Positions 1-10,845 of a DNA stretch of 64,000 nt are shown in pieces. Position 1 is the first letter of the stretch; each line of letters opens with the position of its first letter. Origin of the DNA: an uncultured Acidobacteriota bacterium (GTDB lineage Bacteria; Acidobacteriota; Thermoanaerobaculia; UBA5066); the NCBI GenBank assembly GCA_963779415.1, contig CAVZYA010000002.1, positions 1,600,001 through 1,664,000 of the forward strand, written 5' to 3'. The position numbers and the translations under genes are program-made. Below the pieces are notes generated by a model. The model was not told the DNA's origin, searched no databases, and saw only the letters and a program-made list of their open reading frames with translations.

Positions 1-378
1 ACGATCTCCTTCCACGACCCCTGCTATCTCGGCCGGCACAACGACGTCTACGACGCGCCGCGCGCCGTCCTCTCGGCGATTCCCGGCCTCGCGCTGAAGG
101 AGCTGCCGCGGAGCCGCGACGCGGCCGTCTGCTGCGGCGCCGGAGGCGGGCGGATGTGGCTGGACGAGAAGATCGGAACCCGGATCAACCAGATGCGCTT
201 CGCGGAGATCGAGGCGTGCGGGACCGAGGCGGTCGGGGTCTCCTGCCCCTTCTGCATGGTGATGGTCGCGAACGCGAAAACGGAGCTTTCGGGGACGACG
301 GAGCCGTTCGACATCCTCGAGCTTGCGGCGTCCGCCCTCCCGGCGCGAGGAGAGAAGGGGACTTCCGGCCCGACGTGA
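1..378 (+). CDS. (Fe-S)-binding CCG-domain oxidoreductase (HdrD/FadF-like), 3' part only
   Basis: Frame 1 from the window edge reads TISFHDPCYLGRHN...CCGAGGGRMW...SCPFC, the cysteine-rich CCG domain signature. Confidence 0.85.
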   Translation, partial: TISFHDPCYLGRHNDVYDAPRAVLSAIPGLALKELPRSRDAAVCCGAGGGRMWLDEKIGTRINQMRFAEIEACGTEAVGVSCPFCMVMVANAKTELSGTTEPFDILELAASALPARGEKGTSGPT

Positions 379-395
379 TGTAATCTTTTGGGCTC

Positions 396-812
396 ATGGC
401 GGACGAGCCCAGGGCCCCCGGGGAACCGGCCGAACGGGGTCCGTTCGAGCCGACGGTCTATGTGCCTCCCCCGAAGGAGGAGACGGGGGCCCCCTTCCGT
501 TCCGAGCCCTCACCCAAGGAGCCCTTCGTCACCGAAGGGATGAAGGCTCGCCGCCGGCACGAGGAGCGCCTCCGCCGGGAGGAGTTTCTCGCGCAGCTTC
601 AGCGCGAGGAGAAGTTCGTCGAAGGCTGGGCCCGGTTCCGTAATCTCGTGCTGAGGGTCGGCCTCGTGCTCATCCTGGTTCTCGTCTACATGCGGATCCA
701 GATGACCTACCCCGACAACCGGTGGCCGCTGGAGCTGGTCTGGGCCCTGATCGTCGTCGGGGTCTTCGGCGTCTTCGGGACGACGCTCTGGTACCTGAAC
801 CGCGGCGATTGA
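396..812 (+). CDS. hypothetical membrane protein (2 C-terminal TM helices)
   Basis: 138-aa ORF with two hydrophobic segments (VLRVGLVLILVLVYM; LVWALIVVGVFGVFGTTLWYL). Confidence 0.7.
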   Translation: MADEPRAPGEPAERGPFEPTVYVPPPKEETGAPFRSEPSPKEPFVTEGMKARRRHEERLRREEFLAQLQREEKFVEGWARFRNLVLRVGLVLILVLVYMRIQMTYPDNRWPLELVWALIVVGVFGVFGTTLWYLNRGD

Positions 813-818
813 CGGCCC

Positions 819-2140
819 TCAGAAGCGGAAGGTCAACCCCAGAAGGCCGCGGAACTGCCGTGACGTATCGTCCCGGATCTGCTCCGCCGTCATGAAGAGC
901 GAAAAGGGGCGGGAGATGTTCACGACGCCCGAGAGCGCGTACCGCTTCGAGTGCGGGTGGCTCTGGACCACGAGGCCGTCGGCCGTCGTCATGCTGAGGG
1001 TCGAGAGCGACGTCGTGTAGTCGAGCGTCAGATAGACCTTCGGGCCGAGGTTCCGGCCGATCGAGGCGTAGAGCGAGTCGTAGGCGCCGCTCGACGGCTG
1101 GTTGTAGCGGTTGTCGCTCGCCGTCAGGTCGAGGCCCGACCCGAAGACGTTCATCGCGGAGATTCCGGCCTAACACCTCGGGTAGGTCCGCCGACCAGGC
1201 TGCTCTGTTCCTGCGAGTAGCCGCCCCAGATCCGGAGGTTGCGGAGCGGCTCGATCGTCACGCGGCCGCCGAGGGATCCGTAGAGGAACCCCTGGAGGGC
1301 CTGGGGGTCGACCGGCCTCCCGTTGAGGACGTCCTGCGCGATCGAGCGCGTGTCGATGGAGGTGCCGTGGTGATAGAGCCCCTGGAACTCGAGCCACGGC
1401 GTGGCCCGGTAGCGCGCGTTGACGAAGATGTAGGTCAGCTTCGCGCCCCCGCCGCTGCCGGCCGGTCCCGTCGTGTCGATCTCGGCGGCCTGATAGAGGA
1501 AGAAGTCCCTGCCGACGGGGATGAAGTTCAGCATGGTGATGACGACGCTCGGTCACGGTCTGGTCCCGGATCTGGACGTAGCCGATGACGTTCTTCCACC
1601 CGTTCTCGCCGTCGAGGGCGACGTAGCCGCCGTACTTCTTGACGCCGCTGACGTAGCCGACCTGATAGAGATCGGGCTCCATGCCGCCGAAGAGGCCGAG
1701 GCGAACGCGCCAGGGCCCCGTGGAGCCGAAGGGCTGCGCCTCGAGGTTGAAGCCGCCGACGGAGCCGAGACCGCCGATGTCGTTCAGCCACATCTGCCCG
1801 ACGCGGAGACCGACGCTCCCGCCGCTCACGTGCCCTCCGACCCAGGCGTTGAAGAGCTGAGGCGGTTGGGCTGTCCGTTGACGGAGGGGTACGCGGCGCC
1901 GCGCGCGTCGAGGCCGTACTCGAATCCGCCGTCGTCCGCCGGCTTCGACACGAGGGAGACGTAGGCCGAGGTCTCGCTGAACGTCGAGCTCGGGCCGCCG
2001 CCGGTCAGGGAGGTCTGCTGGTAGCTCCCGAAGAGGGTGACCTGCCCGTACCCGGACTGCGACTGGGCCCCGGAGCGCGACGCGGAGCCGGCCGCGGCCA
2101 GGAGGAGCGCGAGGAAGACGAGTCGGCGTCTCCCCGTCAT
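819..2140 (-). CDS. outer-membrane beta-barrel protein (putative porin of a porin-cytochrome conduit), frameshifted in this sequence
   Basis: ATG at 2140 overlaps the cytochrome stop (TGATG). Signal peptide MTGRRRLVFLALLLAAAGSA. Gly/Tyr/Ser-rich alternating strands across ORFs 1826-2974, 1170-2240, 1151-1534 and 819-1154. Ends GLLGLTFRF (terminal-Phe beta-signal). Confidence 0.75.
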
Positions 2141-5100
2141 CAGCCGCCGCGCCCCGTCGGGTGGCAGGAGTAGCAGGCCTGCGACTGGTAGACGTAGCCG
2201 GCCCGGCCCTGGTGCTGCTGGGCGGTTTGGGCCTGCCCATGACACGTCAGGCAGGTGAAGACGGCGTAGTTCGACGGATTCGTATGGCAGTTGGCACAGA
2301 CCCCGCCGGCGGAGCCGTGGTTCGTGGGGAACCAGGTGTGGTTGAAGACCGCCTGAAGCCACGAGGTGTCCGAGAACTTGTGACAGGTGTCGCAGGTCGT
2401 CGGGAAGGCGGCGGCAACGTGGTTCACCGGGGTGGTGGCGGTGTTGTAGTCCCTCAGATGGCAGGCGGAGCACGGGCTCGTGGGCACGCTGGTGAAGTTG
2501 TTGGCGCTGGGGGCGTACGGCGGGTTGTGGCACTGGCTGCAGGGCGCGGTCGCGTGCGCGCCGGCGAGCGCGAAGTACGTCGAATGGTTGAAGGCCGTCG
2601 CGAGCAGCCAGGTCGGCGTCCGTGTTCTTGTGGCAGCTGTCGCACGTCGTCGGCAGACCGGCGTGGTTCACGGGTGTCGCGGCGGTGGCGAAGTCCCGCA
2701 TGGTGGCAGCCGAAGCAGGTCGTCGGGACGGCGGAGTAGTTGTTGGCGGACGGGGCGTACGGCGGGTTGTGGCACGTCGGCGCACGCCGTCGTGGCGTGG
2801 ACGCCGACGAGCGGGAAGGTCGTGTGGCTGAACGTCGCCGGCGAGCCAGGTCGCATCGGAGAACTTGTGGCATGTGTCGCAGGTCGTCGGGAAGCGCGAC
2901 GCGATGTGGTTCACCGGCGTCTTGGCGTTGTTGTAGTCCTTCAGATGGCAGGCCGAGCACGGGCTCGTGGGCACGCTGGTGAAGTTGTTGGCGCTGGGTG
3001 CGTACGGCGGGTTGTGGCACTGGCGCAGGGCGCGGTCGCGTGCGCGCCGGCGAGCGGCGAAGTACGTCGCAATGGTTGAAGGCCGTCGCGAGCAGCCAGG
3101 TCGCGTCCGTGTTCTTGTGGCAGCTGTCGCACGTCGTCGGCAGACCGGCGTGGTTCACGGGCGTCGCGGCGGTGGTGAAGTCCCGCAGGTGGCAGCCGAA
3201 GCAGGTCGTCGGGACGGTCGGAGTAGTTGTTGGCGGACGGGGCGTACGGCGGGTTGTGGCACGTGGCGCAGGCCGTCGTGGCGTGGACCCCGACGAGCGG
3301 GAAGGTCGTGTGGCTGAACGTCGCCGGCGAGCCAGGTCGCATCGGAGAACTTGTGGCATGTGTCGCAGGTCGTCGGGAAGCGCGGCGGCCACGTGGTTCA
3401 CGGGCGTCGTGGCGGTGTTGTAGTCCTGCTGGTGGCAGGCCGAGCACGGGCTCGTGGGCACGGTGGCGAAGTTGTTCGCGCTGGGGGCATAGGGCGGGTT
3501 GTGGCACTGGGCGCACGGCGGCCGTAGCGTGCGCGCCCGCCAGCGCGAAGTACGTGTAGTGGTTGAAGGCCGTCGCGAGCGACCAGGTGGCGTCCGTGTT
3601 CTTGTGGCAGCTGTCGCACGTCGTCGGCAGACCGGCGTGGTTCACGGGGGTCGCGGCGGTGGCGAAGTCAGGCTGAGTGGCAGCCGAAACACGTCGTCGG
3701 GACGGTGGAGTAGTTGTTGGCGCTCGGGGCGTACGGCGGGTTGTGGCACGTGGCGCACGCCGTCGTGGCGTGGACCCCGACGAGCGGGAAGGTCGTGTGG
3801 CTGAACGTCGCGGCGAGCCAGGTTGCATCGGAGAACTTGTGACATGTGTCGCAGGTCGTCGGGAAGGCGGCGGTCACGTGGTTCACCGGCGTCGTGGCGG
3901 TGTTGTAGTCCTGCTGGTGGCAGGCGGAGCAGGGGCTGGTGGGCACGGTCGCGTAGTTGCCGCTCTTGTGGCAGTTGGCGCACGCGGTCGTCACGTGCGT
4001 TCCCGCCAGCGGGAAATACGTGGAATGGTTGAATGTCGACTGTGACCTGCCACGTCGCGTCGGCGAAGGCGTGGCAGGTCTCGCAGGTCGTCGCGAAGCC
4101 GGCATGGCTCACGGGCGTCGTGGCGCCCGTGGAAGTCGGTCATGATGGCAGGCGGAGCAGGGGCTGGTGGGGACGGTCGTGTAGTTGCCGTTCTTGTGGC
4201 AGTTGGCACACGCCGTCGTGACGTGCGTTCCGGCCAGCGGGAAGTACGCGGAGTGGTTGAAGGGCGACTTCACCTGCCAGGTCGCGTCGGCGAAGGCGTG
4301 GCAGGAGTCGCAGGTCGTCGGGAAGCCGGCGTGGTTCACGGGGGTCGTGGCCCCCTGGAAATCCGTCTGATGACAGGCCGAGCAGGGAGTCGTCGGGACG
4401 GTCGTGTAGTTGCCGCCCTTGTGGCAGTTGGCGCACGCCGTCGTCACGTGCGTTCCCGCGAGCGGGAAGTACGTGGTGTGGTTGAAGGGCGACTTCGCCT
4501 GCCAGGTCATGTCGGAAAAGGCGTGGCAGCTCTCGCATGTCGTCGGGAAGCCGGCGTGGCTCACGGGCGTCGTGGCGCTCTGGAAGTCGGTCAGGTGGCA
4601 GGCCGAACACGGGCTCTTGGGGACGGTCGTGTAGTTCCCCCCCTTGTGGCAGTTGGCACAGGGCGTCGTGAGGTGTGCTCCCGAGAGTGGGAAGACGGCG
4701 TGGGACGTGAACGTTCCCTGCTGCCATGTGGCGTCGGAGTACTTGTGGCAGGTCTCGCACGTCGTCGGGAAGCCGGCGGCCACGTGAGGCGGATTGGTGG
4801 AGTTCTGGAAGTCGGCCATGTGACAGGCCGAGCAGGGGTTCATCGGGACGGTCGTGTAGTTGCCGCTCTTGTGGCAGTTGGCGCACGCCGTCGTCACGTG
4901 CGTCCCCGCAAGCGTGAAGTACGCGGAGTGATTGAAGGTCGACTTCTGCTGCCACGTGGAATCGGTGAAGGCGTGGCAGGTGTCGCAGGCCGTCGGGAAG
5001 CCGGCATGGTTCACGGGAGCCGTGGCGCCCTGGAAATCGGTCAGGTGGCAGGTGTAGCAGTCGCGGGGAGTCCCCTTGTAGACACCCCCCTTGTGGCAGC

Positions 5101-7810
5101 TGGCGCAGGGCGTCGTCGCATGCACGCCGGCCAGCGCGAACGTAGAGTGAACGAAGGTCCCCTGCATCCAGGTGGCATCCGCGAACTTGTGGCAGGTCTC
5201 GCACGCCGTCGGGAAACCGGCGGCGACGTGGTTCACGGGAGTCGTGGCGGTCAGGTAGTCCTGCTGGTGGCAGGCGGCGCAGGGGCTTGTCGGAATGGTC
5301 GTGTAGTTGCCGTTCTTGTGGCAGTTGGCGCAAGGGGTCGTGGCGTGGGCGCCGGCGAGCGGAAAGACCGTCGCGTGATTGAAGGTCGCCATCATCCACG
5401 TGGCGTCGGAGGACTTTGTGGCAGGTGTCGCAGGTGGTCGGGAAACCGGCGGCGACGTGATCGGGATTCTTCGCTCCCTGGTAGTCCTTCGCGTGACATG
5501 AGTAGCAGTCGGTCGGGGCCCCCGAGAAGACGTTGTTCTTGTGGCACTGGTTGCAGCCGGAGCGTCGCGTGCGCGCCATTGAGCGCGAAGCCGGTCTGGG
5601 CTCCGTGGTTCCAGAGAACCGCCGTCCACGAGGTCGGCCGGTGGCACTGAGCGCAGTCGCTCCCGAGGGCCGTCCGGTAGAGGTCGTCCTGACGCCGGAT
5701 CCAGTGGCAGTCGTAGCAGGTGTTCGGGGTCCCCTTGTAGACGCCGTTCCAGTGGCACGAGGCGCAGGGGACGGCGAGATGCTGCCCTTCGAGCGGGAAT
5801 TCGATCGACTTGTGAAAGGCCCGAGTTCGCCGTCTTCCAGAGAGACATGTCGTGGCACGACGCGCAGTCGCTTCCCAGCTTGCCCCGATGCGGGTCGTCG
5901 TGGCAGCGCTGGCAGTCGGAGGTCGCGAGGCCGGTGAACTTCACGGCCGTCCCCGTGCCCGCCGGGAACGACCCCTCCACTTTCCTGTGGCAGAGGCGGC
6001 ACTCCGCCGTCGCGTGCTTGTCGACGAAGAACCCCTTCGTCGCCGGGTTCTGGTGCCGGTAGCTCTTCACCTCGAACGTGGCCGTCGTGTGACAGGTCTG
6101 GCAGGAGGTTCCCAGCTGGCCGAGGTGGACGTCCTTGTGGCAGCCGGCGCAGTCGGACGGGGAGCCCCTTCAGGCGGATGGCCGTGCCGCTGCCGGCCGG
6201 GAAGGTGCCGGTCTCCTTCCTGTGGCACTTCCCGCAGTCGAGCCCGACGTGCTTTCCGGTCAGGGGGTATTTCGTCGTCGAAGTGGTCGAAGCGGAAGGG
6301 ACGGCGAACTTCGCGACGTCGACCTTGTGGCAGCTGGCGCAGTTCGTGCCGACCTGCCCGAGATGCGGGTCCTTGTGGCAGGTCGCGCAGTCGAGGGGGA
6401 TCCCCTTGAACTTCCGGACCGGGACGGTCCGGCCGGCTCCGAGGGAGACGGAGCCCGCCGCGGCGTCGGCGCCGTGACACTTCTGGCAGGAGACCGTCGC
6501 GTGCTCGCCGCCGAAGAACTCGGGAAAGCGGGGGTGCCGGTAGGTCGTGACCGCGAAGGTAGCGGCGGTGTGGCACGTCTCGCACGTCGTTCCGAGCTGT
6601 CCCTTGTGAGCATCGACGTGGCAGGAGGAGCAGAGAGGACGCGCCCCGCGGAAGTCCACCGTCCGTCTCGCGGGAGAGAGCGCCGGCCTGCGGAGCCGCC
6701 CCCTTGTGACACGCGGCGCAGGCGAGCGGAGCGTGCTTGCCGGCCAGCGGGAACTTCGTCTTTGCGTGGTCGAAGGTCCCTCCCTTAAAGCCGGTCTCCT
6801 TGTGGCACGCACTGCAGTCCTGCGGCTTGAAGATCCCCGCGTGCGGGTCCTTGTGGCAGTCGGCACAACGTGCGTACTTCAGGTGGACCTTGGTCGCGGG
6901 CTGGACGTGACAGGAGGCGCAGGGGAAGCGCCGCGTGACGACCGACGAGGGCGTAGCCGGTCTTCGCATGGTCGAACTTCACGGGGGGGGTCGCCGCACC
7001 GGGCACACCCGCCGCAGCCCCGGCTCCCGCCGCGGCGGCAGCCGCTGCGCCCGATCCTCCGGCCATCCGGAAGGTCGCGGTCGTGTGGCAGGTGGAGCAG
7101 GCGCCGAGGGGCTTCGCGTGCGGGTCCTTGTGACAGTCGACGCAGGACGCGAACTTGATCCCCTTCCAGACGTTCGCCACGTGACACTTCTCGCAGGGGG
7201 TCGCGACGTGGGCGCCGGTCAGCGGATAGGACGTCTTCGAGTGGTCGAAGACCTTCCGGGTCTCCTTGAAGGCGACGGAGACGGGGTGGCAGGTCGCGCA
7301 GGAGGTGCCGAGCACCCCCTTGTGCGGATCGGCATGACACCCGGCGCAATCGGGCTTCGCCGTCAGGAATGACCGGGTCTTGTGGCACTTCGCGCAGTCG
7401 AGCCCCTTGTGCTTCCCGTCGAGGGGAAAGCCGGTTTCGCCCGCGTGATCGAACGTCGCCGTATTCAGCCGGCGGGTGTCGGTGTCGACCCCCGCGTGCT
7501 CGACATGGCAGGAGACGCAGTCCTTCGCCGCGTCGCGGTGGACTCCCTTCCGGGCGGCGATCCGCTCGGCGATCGGCTTGTGACATTCGAGGCACTTCGC
7601 CGTCGTCACGCGCTTGCCGGGCTCGTGGCACTTCTGGCAGTTCTCGAGGCCTTCCAGCCTGGCGTGTGCCACGGGAGAGGGGCCCGGGCGAGACGAGAGA
7701 GCCGAGCCCCTGCGCCGAGCCCGTCCGGGCGAAGCCGACGAGCGCGAGCAGGGCGAGAGCTGCCGCGGGCGCGAGAGGCGAGCGGCCGGGTCTTTTGCAG
7801 AGCTCGCTCA
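2140..7810 (-). CDS. giant multiheme cytochrome c (~72 CxxCH, ~1,880 aa), broken by many frameshifts; start approximate
   Basis: Continuous CxxCH triads stitched from ORFs 6785-7672, 6067-6969, 4140-6866, 4109-6070, 3668-4105, 2941-3828, 2454-3461, 1826-2974 and 2140-2487. N-terminal signal-like LALLALVGFARTGSA then QGLGSLVSPGPLS. C-terminus ...CYSCHPTGRGG-stop at 2140. Confidence 0.88.
2340..3900 (-). repeat. about three near-identical ~487-bp intragenic tandem repeats, each encoding a hexaheme unit
   Basis: cacgggctcgtgggcac recurs at ~2471, ~2958 and ~3445; each unit encodes NPPYAPSANN...PTSPCSACH...FPTTCDTCH...TTCDSCH. Confidence 0.8.
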
Positions 7811-7826
7811 GTCAGGGCCTCTCTCT

Positions 7827-8681
7827 TCAGAAGTGCAGGGAGTAACCCATGTAGATGGCGAGGGCGACGTGGACGGCGGCGATGGCGAACATGACGTAGA
7901 CGAGGGGCTTGTGGAAGACGTGCCACAGATCGAATAGCTTCTTCGTCCGGCCGAGGTTGGCCATCCGACGGACGAGGAGCGAGCGCTCGGCGTCGAGGGC
8001 GGCGACCTCCTCGTCCATCGCGTGCGAGCCGCCTGCCAGAAGCGAGGCCTTCTCGGCGCGCCGCTTGAGGTCGTCGATCCGTTCGTGGATCTCGTCGAGG
8101 GAGAGCTCCGTTCCCGGATCGATCGGGGAATCCGGACGTAAAGGTAGCGGCCGACGAAGCCCGAAAGGACGACGAGGACCATCGACCAGTAGGCGACGGA
8201 AATGATCCCGTTGAACTTGAAGGAGGTGTGGAGGGTGATCAGCGCGGGACCGACGACGCCGCAGAAGATGTGGAAGTCGAGCCACCGCCTGGTCGAACCG
8301 CGACGGACGAGGGACGGGACTTTCTTCCGGATGACGTAGGGAAGGGTCAGGAGCATGAGCCCCGCGCCGGTGATTCCGAAGAGGAGCCCCGCCGTTCCGG
8401 AGGGGCGCAGGAGCCGGTGCGCTTTCTCCTGCGCCGCGGAGGGAGAGCGGCGTCGCATAGTAACGAAGGCCCCCGAGGCCGAAGAAGGCGAGTCCTCCGA
8501 GGAGCACGACGACGACAGTGACCAGGACGAGGACATGTCCGAAGGGGGATGGCGGGATCCGGCCTGTCGGCTTCGGGTCCGAAGCTGTCTTCGAAGATTC
8601 GTGCGCCTGGTCACCGGGCGACATCCGTGTGACGGGCGTCACGGAAGCCGACGTCCGGGACATCGCGGCCGTCGTTCTCAT
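7827..8681 (-). CDS. integral membrane protein with paired His (putative heme-b, ferric-reductase-like TM domain), frameshifted
   Basis: Stitched from ORFs 7827-8681 and 7808-8614: TM helices with WLDFHIFCG, LITLHTSFKF, WHVFHKPL, AAVHVAL. Confidence 0.7.
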   Translation of the reverse strand: MRTTAAMSRTSASVTPVTRMSPGDQAHESSKTASDPKPTGRIPPSPFGHVLVLVTVVVVLLGGLAFFGLGGLRYYATPLSLRGAGESAPAPAPLRNGGAPLRNHRRGAHAPDPSLRHPEESPVPRPSRFDQAVARLPHLLRRRRSRADHPPHLLQVQRDHFRRLLVDGPRRPFGLRRPLPLRPDSPIDPGTELSLDEIHERIDDLKRRAEKASLLAGGSHAMDEEVAALDAERSLLVRRMANLGRTKKLFDLWHVFHKPLVYVMFAIAAVHVALAIYMGYSLHF

Positions 8682-8801
8682 ACAACCCTACCGGATACAC
8701 CCTTCCAGGCTCGACAATTCCGAATCCCCCCCCTGGACTTCAGACTTGTTCGTTCCGGGGCTCCGCCCGGGTTTTTTAGAAGTGGCGGAGCGACTCGGAT
8801 C

Positions 8802-10051
8802 TCACGCTTCGATCGTGCAGTTGGTCCGGGCCCAGGCGACGCAGGGGTAGATGTAACCGCCGTCACGGTCCTGCTCGTCCAGTACGGGGGCGTCACAAGC
8901 GACGTCGCCTTCGACGACCCGGGTCCGGCACGACTGGCAGACGCCCGCCCGGCAGGAGAAGGGGATTTGGCGCCCCCCGCTTCGGCGGCCTCGAGGATCG
9001 TCCTCCCGGGGGGGATGCGGACGGTCCGGCCGGTGATGGCCAGCCGCAGGTCGACGGGCTCCGTGGCCCCGGCCGGAGCCGAGGCCGAGGCGACGGCGGC
9101 TTCGAACGCCTCCGCGCGCACTTGCCTGTCGGGGACGCCGAGGGAGGCGAGAAGCTCCTTCATCCCGTCGATCATCGGAAGGGGCCCGCAGATGCAGTAG
9201 ACGGCGGTGGAGGGAAGTCCGGTCAGGCGCCGGATCAGCTCTCCGTCGACGCGCCCGCGATGGAGGCCGGGACCTCCTTCACCTCTCGTCACGGCGACGA
9301 CGACGCGGGCTCCCGGATGGCGCCGGGTGAATGTCAGCAGCTCGTCCCGGAAAGGGACGTCGGCCTCGGTCCGTACCGAGAGGACGAGCGTGACCTTTCG
9401 CTCCGGCTCGGCAGAGGCGGCGTGGCGCAGCATGCTGATGAGCGGGGTGATCCCGACGCCGCCGGCGAGGAGGACGAGCGGTCGCGGGTCTCCGGCGGGA
9501 TAGACGAATGGGCCGGCGGGCTTGCGGACGCGGAGGAAGGAGCCTCGCCGGGCCTTCTCGTGGAGAGCGCCCGAGACCAGCCCCTGCCGCTTCACGGAGA
9601 TCTCCAGAAAGTCGCGGCTCTCCGGGGCCGAGCAGATGGAATAGCAGCGGACCAGCGGTTTTCCGTCCACGGGGAGCTGGACCGTCAGGAACTGTCCGGG
9701 CTTGAATTCGAAACCCTTCGGGCGCCGAAGCCGGAAAGTCCGGATGTCCTCGGTCTGATCGACGGTGCCGAGAACCTTCGCCTCGACCCAGCCCGGCTGC
9801 AGGGGAAGGGGAGGAGGGAAGGCCTTCTCGCACGCCCCGAACCAGAGAAGGTGGGCGACGAAGAGGGCGGCGAGGCCGCCGTACGTCGGGAAGATCCAGG
9901 GGAGAGCGGCGACGGCGAAGCCGGGAAGGGCCCAGAGCGAAAAGCGGTGTGGCCAGCTCCGGTGGCGGCGCAGCATCGCCAGCGCGACGTGGACCGTCGA
10001 GGCCGCGGCGAGAAGGGCCGAGGAAACCGGGACCGTCAGCACGAGAGGCAC
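8802..10051 (-). CDS. FAD/NAD(P)H-binding ferredoxin reductase with C-terminal 2Fe-2S domain and N-terminal TM segments
   Basis: RCYSICS FAD motif, GGVGITP and CGP NAD(P) motifs. After a frameshift near 8968 it reads IPFSCRAGVCQSCR...YPCVAWARTNCTIEA-stop (8802). Hydrophobic N-terminal ~75 aa. Confidence 0.88.
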
Positions 10052-10072
10052 GTCCGATCCCGTGGTGCGACG

Positions 10073-10366
10073 TTATTCGTCGTCGAAGATTCCGCGAGGC
10101 TTTCCGGGGTCGGCCTGCGCCTTCTCCAGCGCCTCGCGGAAGGTCTTCTCGAGGATCTCGGTCTTGTGCTTCTCCCGCTCGACCGTGGCCGCGAAGAGGT
10201 CCTCGGCGCGGGCCTTCCGTCGCTGGATCTCCTTCGCGGCGTCCTCGAGAGAGGAGAGCCGGTCCTTGTGCACGGCGGGCTCGTGCGCGAGGACGGCGCC
10301 CGTCTTCGCGTCGACCTTGAGCGTCGCGGCGCAATCGGGACATTGGATGAGAAGCGTCTCCGCCAT
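10073..10366 (-). CDS. hypothetical protein (N-terminal CxxC, coiled coil)
   Basis: 97-aa ORF MAETLLIQCPDC..., charged helical C-terminus, typical codon usage. Confidence 0.7.
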   Translation of the reverse strand: MAETLLIQCPDCAATLKVDAKTGAVLAHEPAVHKDRLSSLEDAAKEIQRRKARAEDLFAATVEREKHKTEILEKTFREALEKAQADPGKPRGIFDDE

Positions 10367-10392
10367 CGCCGGGCCATTATGCTCCCGGCGTC

Positions 10393-10845
10393 ATGGCCGA
10401 TCCGGAGGAGTGGAAGGCGAAGCTGAGGGCGCTCGGGATCCGCCGCCCGCGCCTGCCGCGAGCGAGGCGGGAGCCCGACCGGCGGAAGCTCGAAACGGGC
10501 GCGGGGGGCGAGGAGCTTGCGGCGCGGCATCTCGCCGAGGGGGGCTGCTCGATTCTCGACCGGAACGTCCGTTACCCGGGGGGCGAGCTGGATCTCGTCG
10601 CGGAGGAGGGGAGCGACGTCGTCTTCGTGGAGGTCCGGACGCGGCGGACGGACTCCTGCGGCGGCGCGCTCGAGTCGGTGACGGCGAGAAAGCGCGGGCG
10701 CGTCGTCAGGGCCGCGGAGATCTGGCTGGCGCGTCATCCGCGGATGAAAGCGCGTCCCGTCCGGTTTGACGTCGTGGCCGTGGAGGGGAATCCTCCCGCC
10801 GTGACTTGGCTCCGTGGCGCCTTCGACGGCAAGGGGCGGGCGTGA
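10393..10845 (+). CDS. yraN: YraN/UPF0102 family endonuclease-like protein
   Basis: [12 protein letters not shown]...[13 protein letters not shown]...VFVEVRTR...RFDVVAV motifs. Confidence 0.88.
   Translation: MADPEEWKAKLRALGIRRPRLPRARREPDRRKLETGAGGEELAARHLAEGGCSILDRNVRYPGGELDLVAEEGSDVVFVEVRTRRTDSCGGALESVTARKRGRVVRAAEIWLARHPRMKARPVRFDVVAVEGNPPAVTWLRGAFDGKGRA

Noticed and set aside
2140-7810. Programmed frameshifting or phase variation in the cytochrome
   Set aside because: Indels are numerous, irregular, not at a consistent slippery motif, and also hit unrelated neighbouring genes
8760-8791. Hairpin GCTCCGCC/GGCGGAGC as a terminator splitting the reductase from the downstream genes
   Set aside because: The loop is large (16 nt) and there is no U-tract on the minus strand, so support is weak, though a separate promoter in this gap is not excluded
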